This document shows, one piece after another, positions 1 through 8,448 of a DNA stretch of 36,135 nucleotides. A program made the translations under genes and the position numbers. The DNA is from a virus (taxonomy: Duplodnaviria; Heunggongvirae; Uroviricota; Caudoviricetes), in IMG/VR virus record IMGVR_UViG_2563366968_000009. The stretch is one strand, 5' to 3'. Every line of letters begins with the position of its first letter. Position 1 is the first letter of the stretch. Below the pieces are notes generated by a model. It saw nothing but the letters and a program-made list of their open reading frames with translations. It was not told the DNA's origin and ran no database searches.

Positions 1-1362
1 ATGTTTAAACCGGAACTCCTTTCCCCGGCGGGAACGCTGAAAAATATGCGTTACGCTTTCGCTTATGGCGCAGATGCTGTTTATGCGGGCCAGCCGCGTT
101 ACTCCCTGCGTGTGCGCAACAACGAATTTAACCACGAAAATCTTCAGCTCGGCATCAATGAAGCCCACGCGCTGGGGAAAAAGTTTTATGTCGTGGTCAA
201 CATTGCACCGCACAACGCCAAGCTGAAAACCTTTATCCGTGACCTGAAACCGGTGGTGGAAATGGGGCCGGATGCGCTGATTATGTCTGATCCAGGGCTG
301 ATTATGCTGGTGCGCGAGCACTTCCCTGAAATGCCGATCCATCTCTCAGTACAGGCTAACGCCGTGAACTGGGCGACGGTGAAATTCTGGCAGCAAATGG
401 GTCTGACCCGCGTGATCCTCTCTCGCGAACTGTCACTGGAAGAGATTGAAGAGATCCGCAATCAGGTGCCAGATATGGAGATCGAAATCTTCGTTCACGG
501 CGCGCTGTGCATGGCCTACTCCGGTCGCTGCCTGCTCTCTGGCTATATCAACAAGCGCGACCCGAACCAGGGCACCTGCACCAACGCCTGCCGCTGGGAG
601 TATAACGTCCAGGAAGGGAAAGAAGATGACGTCGGCAACATCGTACACAAGTACGAACCGATTCCGGTGCAAAACGTTGAACCGACGCTGGGGATCGGCG
701 CACCAACCGACAAAGTGTTTATGATCGAAGAAGCCCAGCGTCCGGGCGAGTATATGACCGCGTTTGAAGATGAGCACGGCACTTACATCATGAACTCGAA
801 AGATCTGCGCGCCATCGCCCATGTTGAACGCCTGACCAAAATGGGCGTGCATTCGCTGAAAATCGAAGGCCGTACCAAATCTTTCTACTATTGCGCACGC
901 ACCGCGCAGGTTTACCGTAAAGCTATCGATGACGCAGCTGCGGGAAAACCATTCGATACCAGCCTGCTGGAAACCCTGGAAGGTCTGGCGCATCGTGGCT
1001 ATACCGAAGGTTTCCTGCGTCGTCATACTCACGACGATTATCAGAACTACGAATACGGTTATTCAGTTTCTGACCGCCAGCAGTTTGTTGGTGAGTTTAC
1101 CAGTGAGCGCAAGGGCGACCTCGCGGCGGTAGCGGTGAAAAATAAATTCTCCGTTGGCGACAGCCTTGAGCTGATGACGCCGCAAGGGAACATTAACTTT
1201 ACCCTTGAGCACATGGAAAACGCCAAAGGCGAAGCAATGCCGGTCGCACCGGGCGATGGTTATACTGTGTGGATCCCGGTGCCGCAGGATCTTGAGCTAA
1301 ATTACGCGCTGCTGATGCGTAATTTCTCCGGGGAAACCACGCGTAACCCCCACGGTAAGTGA
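1..1362 (+). CDS. yegQ: U32-family peptidase YegQ (tRNA hydroxylation protein TrhP), complete 453 aa
   Basis: Full-length ORF starting at ATG at position 1; protein recognised from memory as E. coli YegQ (U32 peptidase family). Located immediately left of the sRNA and prophage att site, as in the E. coli yegQ-ogrK locus. Confidence 0.9.
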   Translation: MFKPELLSPAGTLKNMRYAFAYGADAVYAGQPRYSLRVRNNEFNHENLQLGINEAHALGKKFYVVVNIAPHNAKLKTFIRDLKPVVEMGPDALIMSDPGLIMLVREHFPEMPIHLSVQANAVNWATVKFWQQMGLTRVILSRELSLEEIEEIRNQVPDMEIEIFVHGALCMAYSGRCLLSGYINKRDPNQGTCTNACRWEYNVQEGKEDDVGNIVHKYEPIPVQNVEPTLGIGAPTDKVFMIEEAQRPGEYMTAFEDEHGTYIMNSKDLRAIAHVERLTKMGVHSLKIEGRTKSFYYCARTAQVYRKAIDDAAAGKPFDTSLLETLEGLAHRGYTEGFLRRHTHDDYQNYEYGYSVSDRQQFVGEFTSERKGDLAAVAVKNKFSVGDSLELMTPQGNINFTLEHMENAKGEAMPVAPGDGYTVWIPVPQDLELNYALLMRNFSGETTRNPHGK

Positions 1363-1393
1363 TTAATTTCGATTATTTTTCCCGGATGGAAAA

Positions 1394-1439
1394 TTCTTAG
1401 AAACCGATCACATACAGCTGCATTTATTAAGGTTATCAT
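1394..1439 (+). promoter_or_regulatory. Putative cyaR promoter: CRP-like half-site TCACA (1408..1412) in a 22-bp window centred about -42, -10 TATCAT (1434..1439)
   Basis: TATCAT lies 7 nt upstream of the proposed +1 G at 1447. The upstream 22-bp window has a good TCACA half-site and a weak TTAGA half-site at class-II spacing. CyaR is known to be CRP-activated. Confidence 0.4.
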
Positions 1440-1446
1440 CTGTTTC

Positions 1447-1533
1447 GCTGAAAAACATAACCCATAAAATGCTAGCTGTACCAGGAACCACCTCCTTAGC
1501 CTGTGTAATCTCCCTTACACGGGCTTATTTTTT
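1447..1533 (+). ncRNA. cyaR: Hfq-dependent small RNA CyaR (RyeE), about 87 nt; 3' terminator overlaps the prophage att core
   Basis: Sequence GCTGAAAAACATAACCCATAAAATGCTAGCTGTACCAGGAACCACCTCCTTAGCCTGTGTAATCTCCCTTACACGGGCTTATTTTTT matches my recollection of E. coli CyaR. It contains a C-rich anti-SD-like CCACCTCCTTA element and ends in a hairpin (CCTGTGTAA/TTACACGGG) followed by a T-run ending at 1533. Location between yegQ and ogr matches the E. coli cyaR position. Confidence 0.7.
1507..1533. other. attL: attL core, 27 bp AATCTCCCTTACACGGGCTTATTTTTT (reverse complement of the P2 att core as recalled)
   Basis: Identical 27-mer recurs at 33591..33617 (attR). Between the two copies lies a complete P2-like gene set with int adjacent to the right copy and ogr adjacent to the left copy. 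Confidence 0.85.
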
Positions 1534-1596
1534 ACGCGTAATACAATGAAATAAAAGGATTTATTTCTGGTCACGTCCACACATTGACCACATCGA

Positions 1597-1622
1597 CAAA
1601 AAAGCCCCTCGACTGAGGGGCT
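1597..1622 (-). terminator. Rho-independent terminator downstream of ogr
   Basis: Perfect inverted repeat GCCCCTC-GACT-GAGGGGC (1604..1621), preceded on the plus strand by AAAAAA (a U-run after the hairpin on the minus strand), 13 bp past the ogr stop codon. Confidence 0.6.
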
Positions 1623-1634
1623 TTCTGTTTGTAA

Positions 1635-1853
1635 TTACATCCACATAATTTGCTGCCCTGACGGCAACGGGTGCGGCCTTACGGCGTGGACTTCTCCCGG
1701 CTTCACGATGTATCGCTGTACCGACTCATAAGTGATGAACGTGGCGCTGCAATTCACGTTCTGACACTGGTGATAACGCTCTTTTGTCGTGTCAGTGATA
1801 TAGCGGCTTGTACGCGCATGTGCGGCATGCTGGCATAAAGGACAATGAAACAT
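1635..1853 (-). CDS. ogr: Ogr, zinc-finger late-gene transcription activator (72 aa)
   Basis: Protein MFHCPLCQHAAHARTSRYITDTTKERYHQCQNVNCSATFITYESVQRYIV... matches P2 Ogr from memory, with a C4 zinc finger. Start placed at the internal ATG preceded by GAGG 8-9 nt upstream rather than the longer track ORF (1635..1916). Confidence 0.85.
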   Translation of the reverse strand: MFHCPLCQHAAHARTSRYITDTTKERYHQCQNVNCSATFITYESVQRYIVKPGEVHAVRPHPLPSGQQIMWM

Positions 1854-1934
1854 CGCGAGCACCTCTTCCGGTTTTGTTGATGGTGCCATTTTAGTTAATT
1901 TATCCTTATAAAACAAACAGATAAAATAAAAACA

Positions 1935-3098
1935 TCACTCATCATCTTCTGTTTCGTACTCCACATCAGAAAGCCTAACCTCAAGCTCTAAGGACGTCGT
2001 GAAGCCGCTATTATTCAGAAAATGTGTCACCTTAGTGATTGTCCAGTCCTGCTCGTCTATGACGCGCTTAAAGCCTGACACTTTGACCGGCGTTTCCGTG
2101 TAAATATCTGCCCGACCAGTAGCCAGACTGATGGAGAACTCCGCAACGCCCCGTTGCAGCTTATCCCACTTTGCCTGAGCGGCGCGCATGGCCTGCGCTT
2201 TTGTGGCATATACCGTAGTCAGGGCAAAAACGTTGTCAGCTTCACCGGCCATGTATTCACCTTCGCGCGCTTCCGGTACTTTTGGCGCTTTCTTCTGCGT
2301 GACCGGTTTCGCTTTGGGGTGCTCCAGTGCGCGCAGGTGTTTCTCTTTCTTTTTGCGTTTCAGTTTTACCTTCTGCTTTTGCGGCTTCGGGTCTTTGGTG
2401 TGTAACCACTTTGCCGTTACGCCGGTGTAAGCTCCACGGTCAGCAATCGCAAAATGATGACGGTCGCCGTCGCTGCGGGTGATGGTAATCTGCGGGATTT
2501 TTTTACCGCTGGCCGTCACCCCCTGCCCCGCTTTGAGAAACAGCAGTTTTCCCATTTTTACCGACACCTCACCGCCGTTGCGTTCAGCAAGGCGGGTCAG
2601 GAATTTCGCATCAGACTCCTGCGACTGGTCGATGTGCGGAATTTTAATTCCGGCCAGTGACGGAGCGACACTGGCTTCCAGCCTGTTACGGGAGGCTATC
2701 GCCTCAACAATCGCGCCGAGCGTGGTGTCATGCCAGGAGCCTTCCCGGCGGGAATTAAGCGTCCCGCGGAAATCTGCACTCCGGGCGCGGATGGTAACCA
2801 CATCCGGCGCGCCCCGGTGTTCAACCTCATCAACGGTAAATTTCCCTTTGCATACCAGGGCAAAACCTTTCCAGCCGATATACACCGTCAGGACAGCGCC
2901 ACGAATCGGTAGCCCGACCTGCCCGTCGGCGTCGTTCAGTTCAATATCAAGCTGGTCAGCCTCAAAGCCCCGGTTATCCGTCAGGGTCATGCTCATCAGA
3001 CGGTCGCTGATATTGCCGGTAATATCCCTGCTGTCGAGCATCAGCATGTAATCCGGCGTCAGCGTACTGCCTGCATCAAATGTCAGCGCATCCAGCAT
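1935..3098 (-). CDS. D: Tail protein gpD (387 aa)
   Basis: Length and position (between ogr and U) match P2 gpD; overlaps the U stop codon by 1 nt. Confidence 0.85.
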   Translation of the reverse strand: MLDALTFDAGSTLTPDYMLMLDSRDITGNISDRLMSMTLTDNRGFEADQLDIELNDADGQVGLPIRGAVLTVYIGWKGFALVCKGKFTVDEVEHRGAPDVVTIRARSADFRGTLNSRREGSWHDTTLGAIVEAIASRNRLEASVAPSLAGIKIPHIDQSQESDAKFLTRLAERNGGEVSVKMGKLLFLKAGQGVTASGKKIPQITITRSDGDRHHFAIADRGAYTGVTAKWLHTKDPKPQKQKVKLKRKKKEKHLRALEHPKAKPVTQKKAPKVPEAREGEYMAGEADNVFALTTVYATKAQAMRAAQAKWDKLQRGVAEFSISLATGRADIYTETPVKVSGFKRVIDEQDWTITKVTHFLNNSGFTTSLELEVRLSDVEYETEDDE

Positions 3099-3577
3099 TA
3101 TCCCGCCTCCGTCATACCCGTGAATTTAGTCGCTATACTGCCAGCCTTACCGATGAGCGATTCCGCCTGTTTACCGATATCGCCATAAAGCGCGGCCAGT
3201 GATTCATCAACGCGGGTGAGCGACAGCGTAAAATCAATTTTCCGGGGTGTGCCGTCTGCAAAGAAAATACTCCCTGTTTCACTCACCTTGCTGATGACAT
3301 ACATACCGTAAATCATGCCGGTGCCATCCAGCAACGGCCACGCCCGGCCTTCCTCTGCCATCAGTCTGAGCGTGGTCATCGTCAGCTTGCCGCCGGTCAG
3401 TTCGGGATAAAGCACACCGGCAAGCGTCATGTTTTCCTCACCCACACCTAGAAACTGGTAGGCATCCCGTTTACCGATACGGGAATTTGACGGCCAGCGA
3501 TAATCTGATTCACGCTGCATGGTCTGGTGTGGCAGCGTCTGGCGCATAAAAACAAACATCCCTAACGCGAGCATCAT
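3098..3577 (-). CDS. U: Tail protein gpU (159 aa)
   Basis: Length and synteny match P2 gpU. Confidence 0.85.
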   Translation of the reverse strand: MMLALGMFVFMRQTLPHQTMQRESDYRWPSNSRIGKRDAYQFLGVGEENMTLAGVLYPELTGGKLTMTTLRLMAEEGRAWPLLDGTGMIYGMYVISKVSETGSIFFADGTPRKIDFTLSLTRVDESLAALYGDIGKQAESLIGKAGSIATKFTGMTEAG

Positions 3578-3591
3578 TTTTCATCACCTCC

Positions 3592-6039
3592 TTAACCGTC
3601 ATGCATCATGCTGGCACGGGCGCGCGCACGTTTATCCCGCTCGTATTTTTCGAGCGCATCCTGTAACTGGCGGTCAAGCTGTGTCCCCGGCGCAGTACCA
3701 CCCGTCAGGCTGATGTGATATTCGTTTTTACTCTGGTCCACATAAGAGCGGCCAGCCGGTGCCGTAACCGGCTGATAAGCCTGATAACCTGCATAAGAGC
3801 TGGTCGCCGGAATATAACCACCGGTGCCATACGTGGCGGCATGAGTTCTGGCGGCTGTCTGGTCAAGTGTGTCTGACTCTTTGTTGATGAACCCGAGCTT
3901 TTCCAGTACCCAGTCAATGCCGCTGCGTAATTTGTTGAACGCATTAAGCGGCAGCATCAGCGCGTCAGCCAGTGCCTGCCCGAACATGACGCCCGTGTCA
4001 CGGCAACGGTTCAGGGTGTCCTGGGTGGCTTTGACCGGGGCAATCAGGTTTTTAAACCACTGCCACGCAGCCTGTAACTTTTCACCCAGCCAGTCAAACA
4101 CCGGCTTAAGTGGCGTGAACAGTTCTCCCACCGGCGCAAATGCCGCTTTCAGCCCTTCCACCACACCGCCAAAGAATGCGCTGACAGGCTCCCAGTATTT
4201 ACGGATAAGTAACGCTCCGGCGACAATGGCGGCCACCACGGCCACTACCGGCCAGCTAATCGCCCCGATGGCCGTCATAACGGCACTGCCAACCGTCGTG
4301 AAAATTGCCCCCATTGCGCCTGCTGCAGCAATGATGGCATTGATGCCGGTGATAACCGGCCAGGCTACAAGACCAATGGCACCGATGATGCCAGTAAGCG
4401 CCAGTGCGCCACCGGCAATGAGGCCGATGGTTGACGCCAGTGATTTGTTTTTCTGGATCCAGCCGTCGAGTTTTAACACATACTTTGTGGCCGTCTGCGT
4501 GAGCTTACGCAGTGCGCCTTCCTGCTGGTCAAACAGGTCAGTCCCCACCGCCTCATAAGCGGACTGAAACTCTTTAAAGTCACCGCCGAGGTTGTCCTGC
4601 ATGATATTTACCAGCTCGGCGGTCTTCCCGTCTGAGGCTTTAAACGCAGCGGTCAGTTTGTCCAGCTTTCCGGTTGAGGCGGCAGTCATCAGCACGGCGG
4701 CGGCTGAGCTGGCCTCCTCCCCGAAAATAGTTTTCATGTATTCAGCCTGCTGGGCAGTACCGAGCCGGTTTTTCTCAAAACTGGCCTGCATTTCTTTCAG
4801 AATGGTAAATATTGGCCGGGTGTTTCCCTTGCTGTCTGAGGTTTTCACTCCAAGCTCTTTGAGTGCATCCCATGCTTTTCCCGTCGGTGCCTGCAGGCGG
4901 CTTAACACGGCACGGCTTCCCGTCCCCGCCATTGAGCCTGTGATTTTTGCATCATGCAGCGCCCCGACCATTGCGGCGGTTTCTTCAATGCTGACACCGG
5001 CATTTTTTGCCACAGGTGCGGCATAGGTCAGCGCATCGCTCATGCCGTCAAAATCGGCGGCGGTTTTGTTCATCGTCATGGAGAGAACATCCCCGATATG
5101 AGCGACCTTATCGTTTGAAAGCTGAAAGGCGGATTTCATCCCCATCAGCAGGGCGGCGTTTTCTTCCATCGTGCGGCGGTTCGCCAGCGCCATATTCAGC
5201 GTGACCGGCGTTGCCGCCTGAATGGCATCAACATCCCCACCCGCTTTCGCGATGATTATCTGTGCACCGGCCGCATCATCCGCCGAGGCGGCGGTATTGT
5301 CGCCGAGCTGGCGCGCCTGTTTGCGTAGTGCGGTCATTTCGGCGGAGTCTTTTGCCACTCCGAGCACGGCCTGCAATTCTGAGTTTTTCTGCGCAAACTC
5401 ATAACCGGGCATCAGCAACTTAACTCCGGCCATCGTTCCCGCCGCCGCAATCCCCACACCGGCAGCGCCCACTGAGGCCATATTTCCGGCCAGTTCCTTT
5501 CCGGCCTGATAACGCTGTTTTACTGCATTAAGTTTTGCCTGTTGCGCACTGACACGCGCCAGCGCGTCACGCTGCCGGTTAAGCTGTGCGGTGGTTTCAC
5601 TGATACGGTTTTTCAGTCCCTGCTCATCATGTGCAAGATTGCGGGTATTAATTCCCACAGCGGCCAGTTCCCGCTGCTGGCGCTTAACGGAATCCGTCAG
5701 GCGGTTATATTTCGCCTGTAAGTCCTCCGCCGCACGCTTTGCGGATTCCAGCACTTTCGCCTGAGCACGGGTCGGACGTTCAGTGTTTTTAAACTGTGTG
5801 GCAAGTGCTTCGGCTTCCTGCCGTGCCTTTTCAAGTGCATGACCAGTCACGGCAAGCTGTGCGCTGGTCTTGCGAAATCCCTCAATACGGGATGCGTGAC
5901 CGTTCAGCTCGCGCAGTGATTTTTGTGTTTCCCGGATATCCCCCGACAGCGACTTACTCGCTGTGCGGATGGATTTAAACGGGCGGGATGCCTGGTCAAC
6001 AGCCCTGAGCAATACCTGTAATTTTACATTGTTACTCAT
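3592..6039 (-). CDS. T: Tail tape measure protein gpT (815 aa)
   Basis: Long Ala/Gly-rich, coiled-coil-rich protein with a hydrophobic central segment; 815 aa as in P2 gpT; follows E/E'. Confidence 0.9.
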   Translation of the reverse strand: MSNNVKLQVLLRAVDQASRPFKSIRTASKSLSGDIRETQKSLRELNGHASRIEGFRKTSAQLAVTGHALEKARQEAEALATQFKNTERPTRAQAKVLESAKRAAEDLQAKYNRLTDSVKRQQRELAAVGINTRNLAHDEQGLKNRISETTAQLNRQRDALARVSAQQAKLNAVKQRYQAGKELAGNMASVGAAGVGIAAAGTMAGVKLLMPGYEFAQKNSELQAVLGVAKDSAEMTALRKQARQLGDNTAASADDAAGAQIIIAKAGGDVDAIQAATPVTLNMALANRRTMEENAALLMGMKSAFQLSNDKVAHIGDVLSMTMNKTAADFDGMSDALTYAAPVAKNAGVSIEETAAMVGALHDAKITGSMAGTGSRAVLSRLQAPTGKAWDALKELGVKTSDSKGNTRPIFTILKEMQASFEKNRLGTAQQAEYMKTIFGEEASSAAAVLMTAASTGKLDKLTAAFKASDGKTAELVNIMQDNLGGDFKEFQSAYEAVGTDLFDQQEGALRKLTQTATKYVLKLDGWIQKNKSLASTIGLIAGGALALTGIIGAIGLVAWPVITGINAIIAAAGAMGAIFTTVGSAVMTAIGAISWPVVAVVAAIVAGALLIRKYWEPVSAFFGGVVEGLKAAFAPVGELFTPLKPVFDWLGEKLQAAWQWFKNLIAPVKATQDTLNRCRDTGVMFGQALADALMLPLNAFNKLRSGIDWVLEKLGFINKESDTLDQTAARTHAATYGTGGYIPATSSYAGYQAYQPVTAPAGRSYVDQSKNEYHISLTGGTAPGTQLDRQLQDALEKYERDKRARARASMMHDG

Positions 6040-6459
6040 TCGTGTTTCCGCTTCGCCGGAGCGCCTTTTCGCGCCATGTGATGAGTTCGGTCAGGCTCAT
6101 GGGATACAGTTCTGATGGCGGCCAGTGAAATATCACTGCCACATCCGCCATCAGGTCATCGACCGAGAGATTTTTCGGAAACGTTACTGCACCGAGTTCG
6201 GCGACAAAAAACCGACCACCTTACCGGCCAGCGCCACAAGGTCAGGCAGCTCCAGCGCGGCGACCTCCTGCTCAGTCAGCATCGGTGCCGTCATGCGCGG
6301 CAGCACTTTAATCAGTGCATCGACTTCGGAGTTTGCGACCGCAGCCAGACTGACACCGCGCAGCGTCCCGGCATTGGGTTTCATCAGCGTGACCTGTTCG
6401 ATAACCTGCTCACCACGCTTGACCGGATTGTCCAGGGTAATCACATTTTCTTTGTTCAT
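6032..6459 (-). CDS. E+E': gpE+E' fusion produced by programmed -1 ribosomal frameshift (142 aa predicted)
   Basis: Hand translation: mRNA reads ...GGT TTT TTG TCG...; after a -1 slip at T.TTT.TTG the reading frame continues for 57 codons to a TAA at 6032..6034, overlapping the T start codon. Total of 85 + 57 = 142 aa equals the P2 E+E' length. Confidence 0.75.
6184..6459 (-). CDS. E: Tail assembly chaperone gpE (91 aa)
   Basis: 91-aa ORF immediately upstream of T, as in P2; contains a slippery TTTTTTG 19 nt before its stop codon. Confidence 0.85.
   Translation of the reverse strand: MNKENVITLDNPVKRGEQVIEQVTLMKPNAGTLRGVSLAAVANSEVDALIKVLPRMTAPMLTEQEVAALELPDLVALAGKVVGFLSPNSVQ
6205..6211 (-). 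promoter_or_regulatory. Slippery heptamer TTTTTTG (on minus strand) for the E/E' -1 frameshift
   Basis: Plus-strand CAAAAAA at 6205..6211 gives TTTTTTG on the coding strand, in the frame T.TTT.TTG relative to E. Confidence 0.7.
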
Positions 6460-6515
6460 GGTTTTCTCACTTCTGAATCAGGGTTAACCGGTCAGCCAGG
6501 CTGACCGGATGAAAA

Positions 6516-7034
6516 TCACAGGCCGATATTGCGGCGGTGTTGCTCCAGCCGGTCGACGCCGTTCACCTTCTCAATCATGTTGATGGTGTCAATTTCGACC
6601 AGCTCCTTACCGTCCATCGTCAGCCGGAAATAGGTGCAGACCACGGAGATTTTCGACTCGGTGTCTTCTCCCTGTTTACCCTCGCCGGTGTCGATTTCTT
6701 TCTGACGGCCACGCATGACCACTTCGACGGCCACCGTTTCGCCGGTATCGTCACGCTGGTAAGAGCCTGCAAAACGAATCGGCACGGCATCCACACCGGT
6801 TGCGGCGTAAAGTTCCCAGATAACCGAATCCGGGAAGCCCCCGAGCGACCACTCCATTGACAGCGCATCGTCATCAAGGCCGAGGTCTACCGGTGCGCTG
6901 CCGTTCATCCCCGCACCGCGATAGTTTTCGAGCTTACGGGTCAGTTTTGGCAGCGTGACGGACTTCGCGACGCCCTGATAGCTGTAGCCGTTCAGAAAGA
7001 CGTTCATTAACTTGAGTTTGCGCGGCATTGCCAT
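6516..7034 (-). CDS. FII: Tail tube protein gpFII (172 aa)
   Basis: Length and synteny match P2 FII. Confidence 0.85.
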   Translation of the reverse strand: MAMPRKLKLMNVFLNGYSYQGVAKSVTLPKLTRKLENYRGAGMNGSAPVDLGLDDDALSMEWSLGGFPDSVIWELYAATGVDAVPIRFAGSYQRDDTGETVAVEVVMRGRQKEIDTGEGKQGEDTESKISVVCTYFRLTMDGKELVEIDTINMIEKVNGVDRLEQHRRNIGL

Positions 7035-7046
7035 CGGTCAGACTCC

Positions 7047-8237
7047 TTAATTGCTGTTAACCGAGGTGACCAGATTTGCCAGGTATTTATCGGTAATACG
7101 CTGGCGCAGGGTCAGGTTTTCAAGAGGAGGCACCGGGGTATAGTCGTAGTCGATATACAGTTTTCCGGCCTTGAGGGTTTCCGCATCGTTGGATTCTTCG
7201 CTGAACCAGCAGGTCGCATCCACGATATAGCCGTTTGTTTTCAGCTCACGGAATTTGGCATTGATACCGTCAACGATGTCGCGAATCAGCGTTGCGGTGA
7301 TGGGCTTGTCCACCGCCCACATGTGCGCCTCAGCCATCGTGTCGGCCAGCACCTGCGCGGTGCGGGTGTAGTTTTCAAAGAGGAACAGCGGGTCATCAGA
7401 GCAGGTACGGTTACCCCAGAAGCGGAAACCGTCGCGGCGAATCAGCGTAGTGACGCCTGACTCGTTAAGCAGGTCAGCATCAGTGCCGGACTCCTGCAAA
7501 TCCCAGAATACAGATGCGCTGATGCCGGTAACACCGTTTACCCCGACGTTGGACAGCGTTTTATGCCAGCCCTGCTCCTGGTCGATTTTAGCGCGCAGAC
7601 CCAGCGCACGGGCGGTGGCATACGCGGTGGCGGTGGTGCTGGTGACCGTATCCCATGCGAGGAAATCCGGCCAGATGACCATCAGCTCACGCTGGCTGAA
7701 ATTCTGGCGGTAGGCTTTCACCTCGGAAATGGTTTTACAGCCCCATGCGCTGATATACCCGAAAGCGCGCAGCTTCTGACAGACAGATGCCAGTGCAACA
7801 GCCACCTCTTTGGTGTCCAGTCCCGGTACGCCGAGAATACGCGGTTTAACACCGGTTACCGACTCCGCCGCCAGCAGGGCTTTCAGTCCGGTGTACTGAC
7901 CGTTTTCGTCGGTGGTGCCGATGATATTGGAAACGGTCTGCGCAAGTTTCGTTTCTTCGTCGTCGCCGGTGCCGTCTTCAACACGCACGACAACGGTGAC
8001 CGGTTTTGACTGGTCAGCGATGGCCTGCAACGACGCCGCCAGCGTGCCTTTTTTACCAGCCTTTGCAATTGCGCTCTGCACATTGGTAATCAGCACCGGT
8101 TTATTGAGGGGGAAGGTTTCCGCATCCGCATCGCTGGCCGTGCAGACCATGCCGACAATGGCAGTGGATACGGTGGAAATGACGCGGGTGCCGTCGTTAA
8201 TCTCCAGCACCTGCACGCCGTGATGATAGTCACTCAT
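7047..8237 (-). CDS. FI: Contractile tail sheath protein gpFI (396 aa)
   Basis: Length and synteny match P2 FI. Confidence 0.9.
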   Translation of the reverse strand: MSDYHHGVQVLEINDGTRVISTVSTAIVGMVCTASDADAETFPLNKPVLITNVQSAIAKAGKKGTLAASLQAIADQSKPVTVVVRVEDGTGDDEETKLAQTVSNIIGTTDENGQYTGLKALLAAESVTGVKPRILGVPGLDTKEVAVALASVCQKLRAFGYISAWGCKTISEVKAYRQNFSQRELMVIWPDFLAWDTVTSTTATAYATARALGLRAKIDQEQGWHKTLSNVGVNGVTGISASVFWDLQESGTDADLLNESGVTTLIRRDGFRFWGNRTCSDDPLFLFENYTRTAQVLADTMAEAHMWAVDKPITATLIRDIVDGINAKFRELKTNGYIVDATCWFSEESNDAETLKAGKLYIDYDYTPVPPLENLTLRQRITDKYLANLVTSVNSN

Positions 8238-8331
8238 CCGTTTAACTCCGTGGTTAATGGGTGCAACTATTTTCTGTTGTGCGAAGCATGAGACGCTATT
8301 TGACCTGGCTGGTCAGTGAATGAAACAACAG

Positions 8332-8361
8332 ATAAAGAAAAGACGGGCAATCAGCCCGTCT
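8332..8361 (-). terminator. Putative terminator at the 3' end of the cargo operon
   Basis: Hairpin AGACGGG-CAATCAG-CCCGTCT (8341..8361) followed on the minus strand by a U-rich tract (CUUUUCUUUAUC). A second hairpin CGGGGGAG-AAAAAAC-CTCCCCCG at 8412..8434 lies just 3' of the stop codon. Confidence 0.45.
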
Positions 8362-8448
8362 TTAAATCACAAATTTTGACAGTTTTTGATTTGCATTCGA
8401 GAATAACAGTTCGGGGGAGAAAAAACCTCCCCCGCCCACGTAACTTGC

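Noticed and set aside
1487-1500. CACCTCCTTA resembling the 3' end of 16S rRNA, considered as a possible rRNA or tRNA fragment marking the integration site
   Set aside because: No surrounding rRNA or tRNA structure; the element sits inside the CyaR sRNA, where an anti-Shine-Dalgarno-like C-rich loop is expected.
1635-1916. Longer N-terminally extended track ORFs for ogr (93 aa), and similarly X (90 aa), L (189 aa), O (306 aa), P (600 aa), lysC (135 aa), yegR (125 aa) and the cargo genes
   Set aside because: Internal starts reproduce the known P2/E. coli protein lengths and have Shine-Dalgarno sequences. The ORF track evidently reports the longest ORF and accepts GTG/TTG starts (for example the membrane gene begins at GTG and the HEPN gene at TTG in the track).
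2154-5404. Numerous antisense or overlapping ORFs inside D and T (for example 2479..3051, 3869..4558, 4592..5026)
   Set aside because: They lie entirely within and opposite to long conserved tail genes and have no ribosome-binding sites; typical shadow ORFs of GC-rich coding sequence.
8238-8448. Search for an Ogr-type late promoter dyad (TGT-N12-ACA) upstream of FI, and similarly in the O/P divergent region 22389..22561
   Set aside because: Only imperfect candidates were seen by eye (for example TGT-N12-ACG near 8279..8299), so I could not place the late promoters confidently and did not annotate them.
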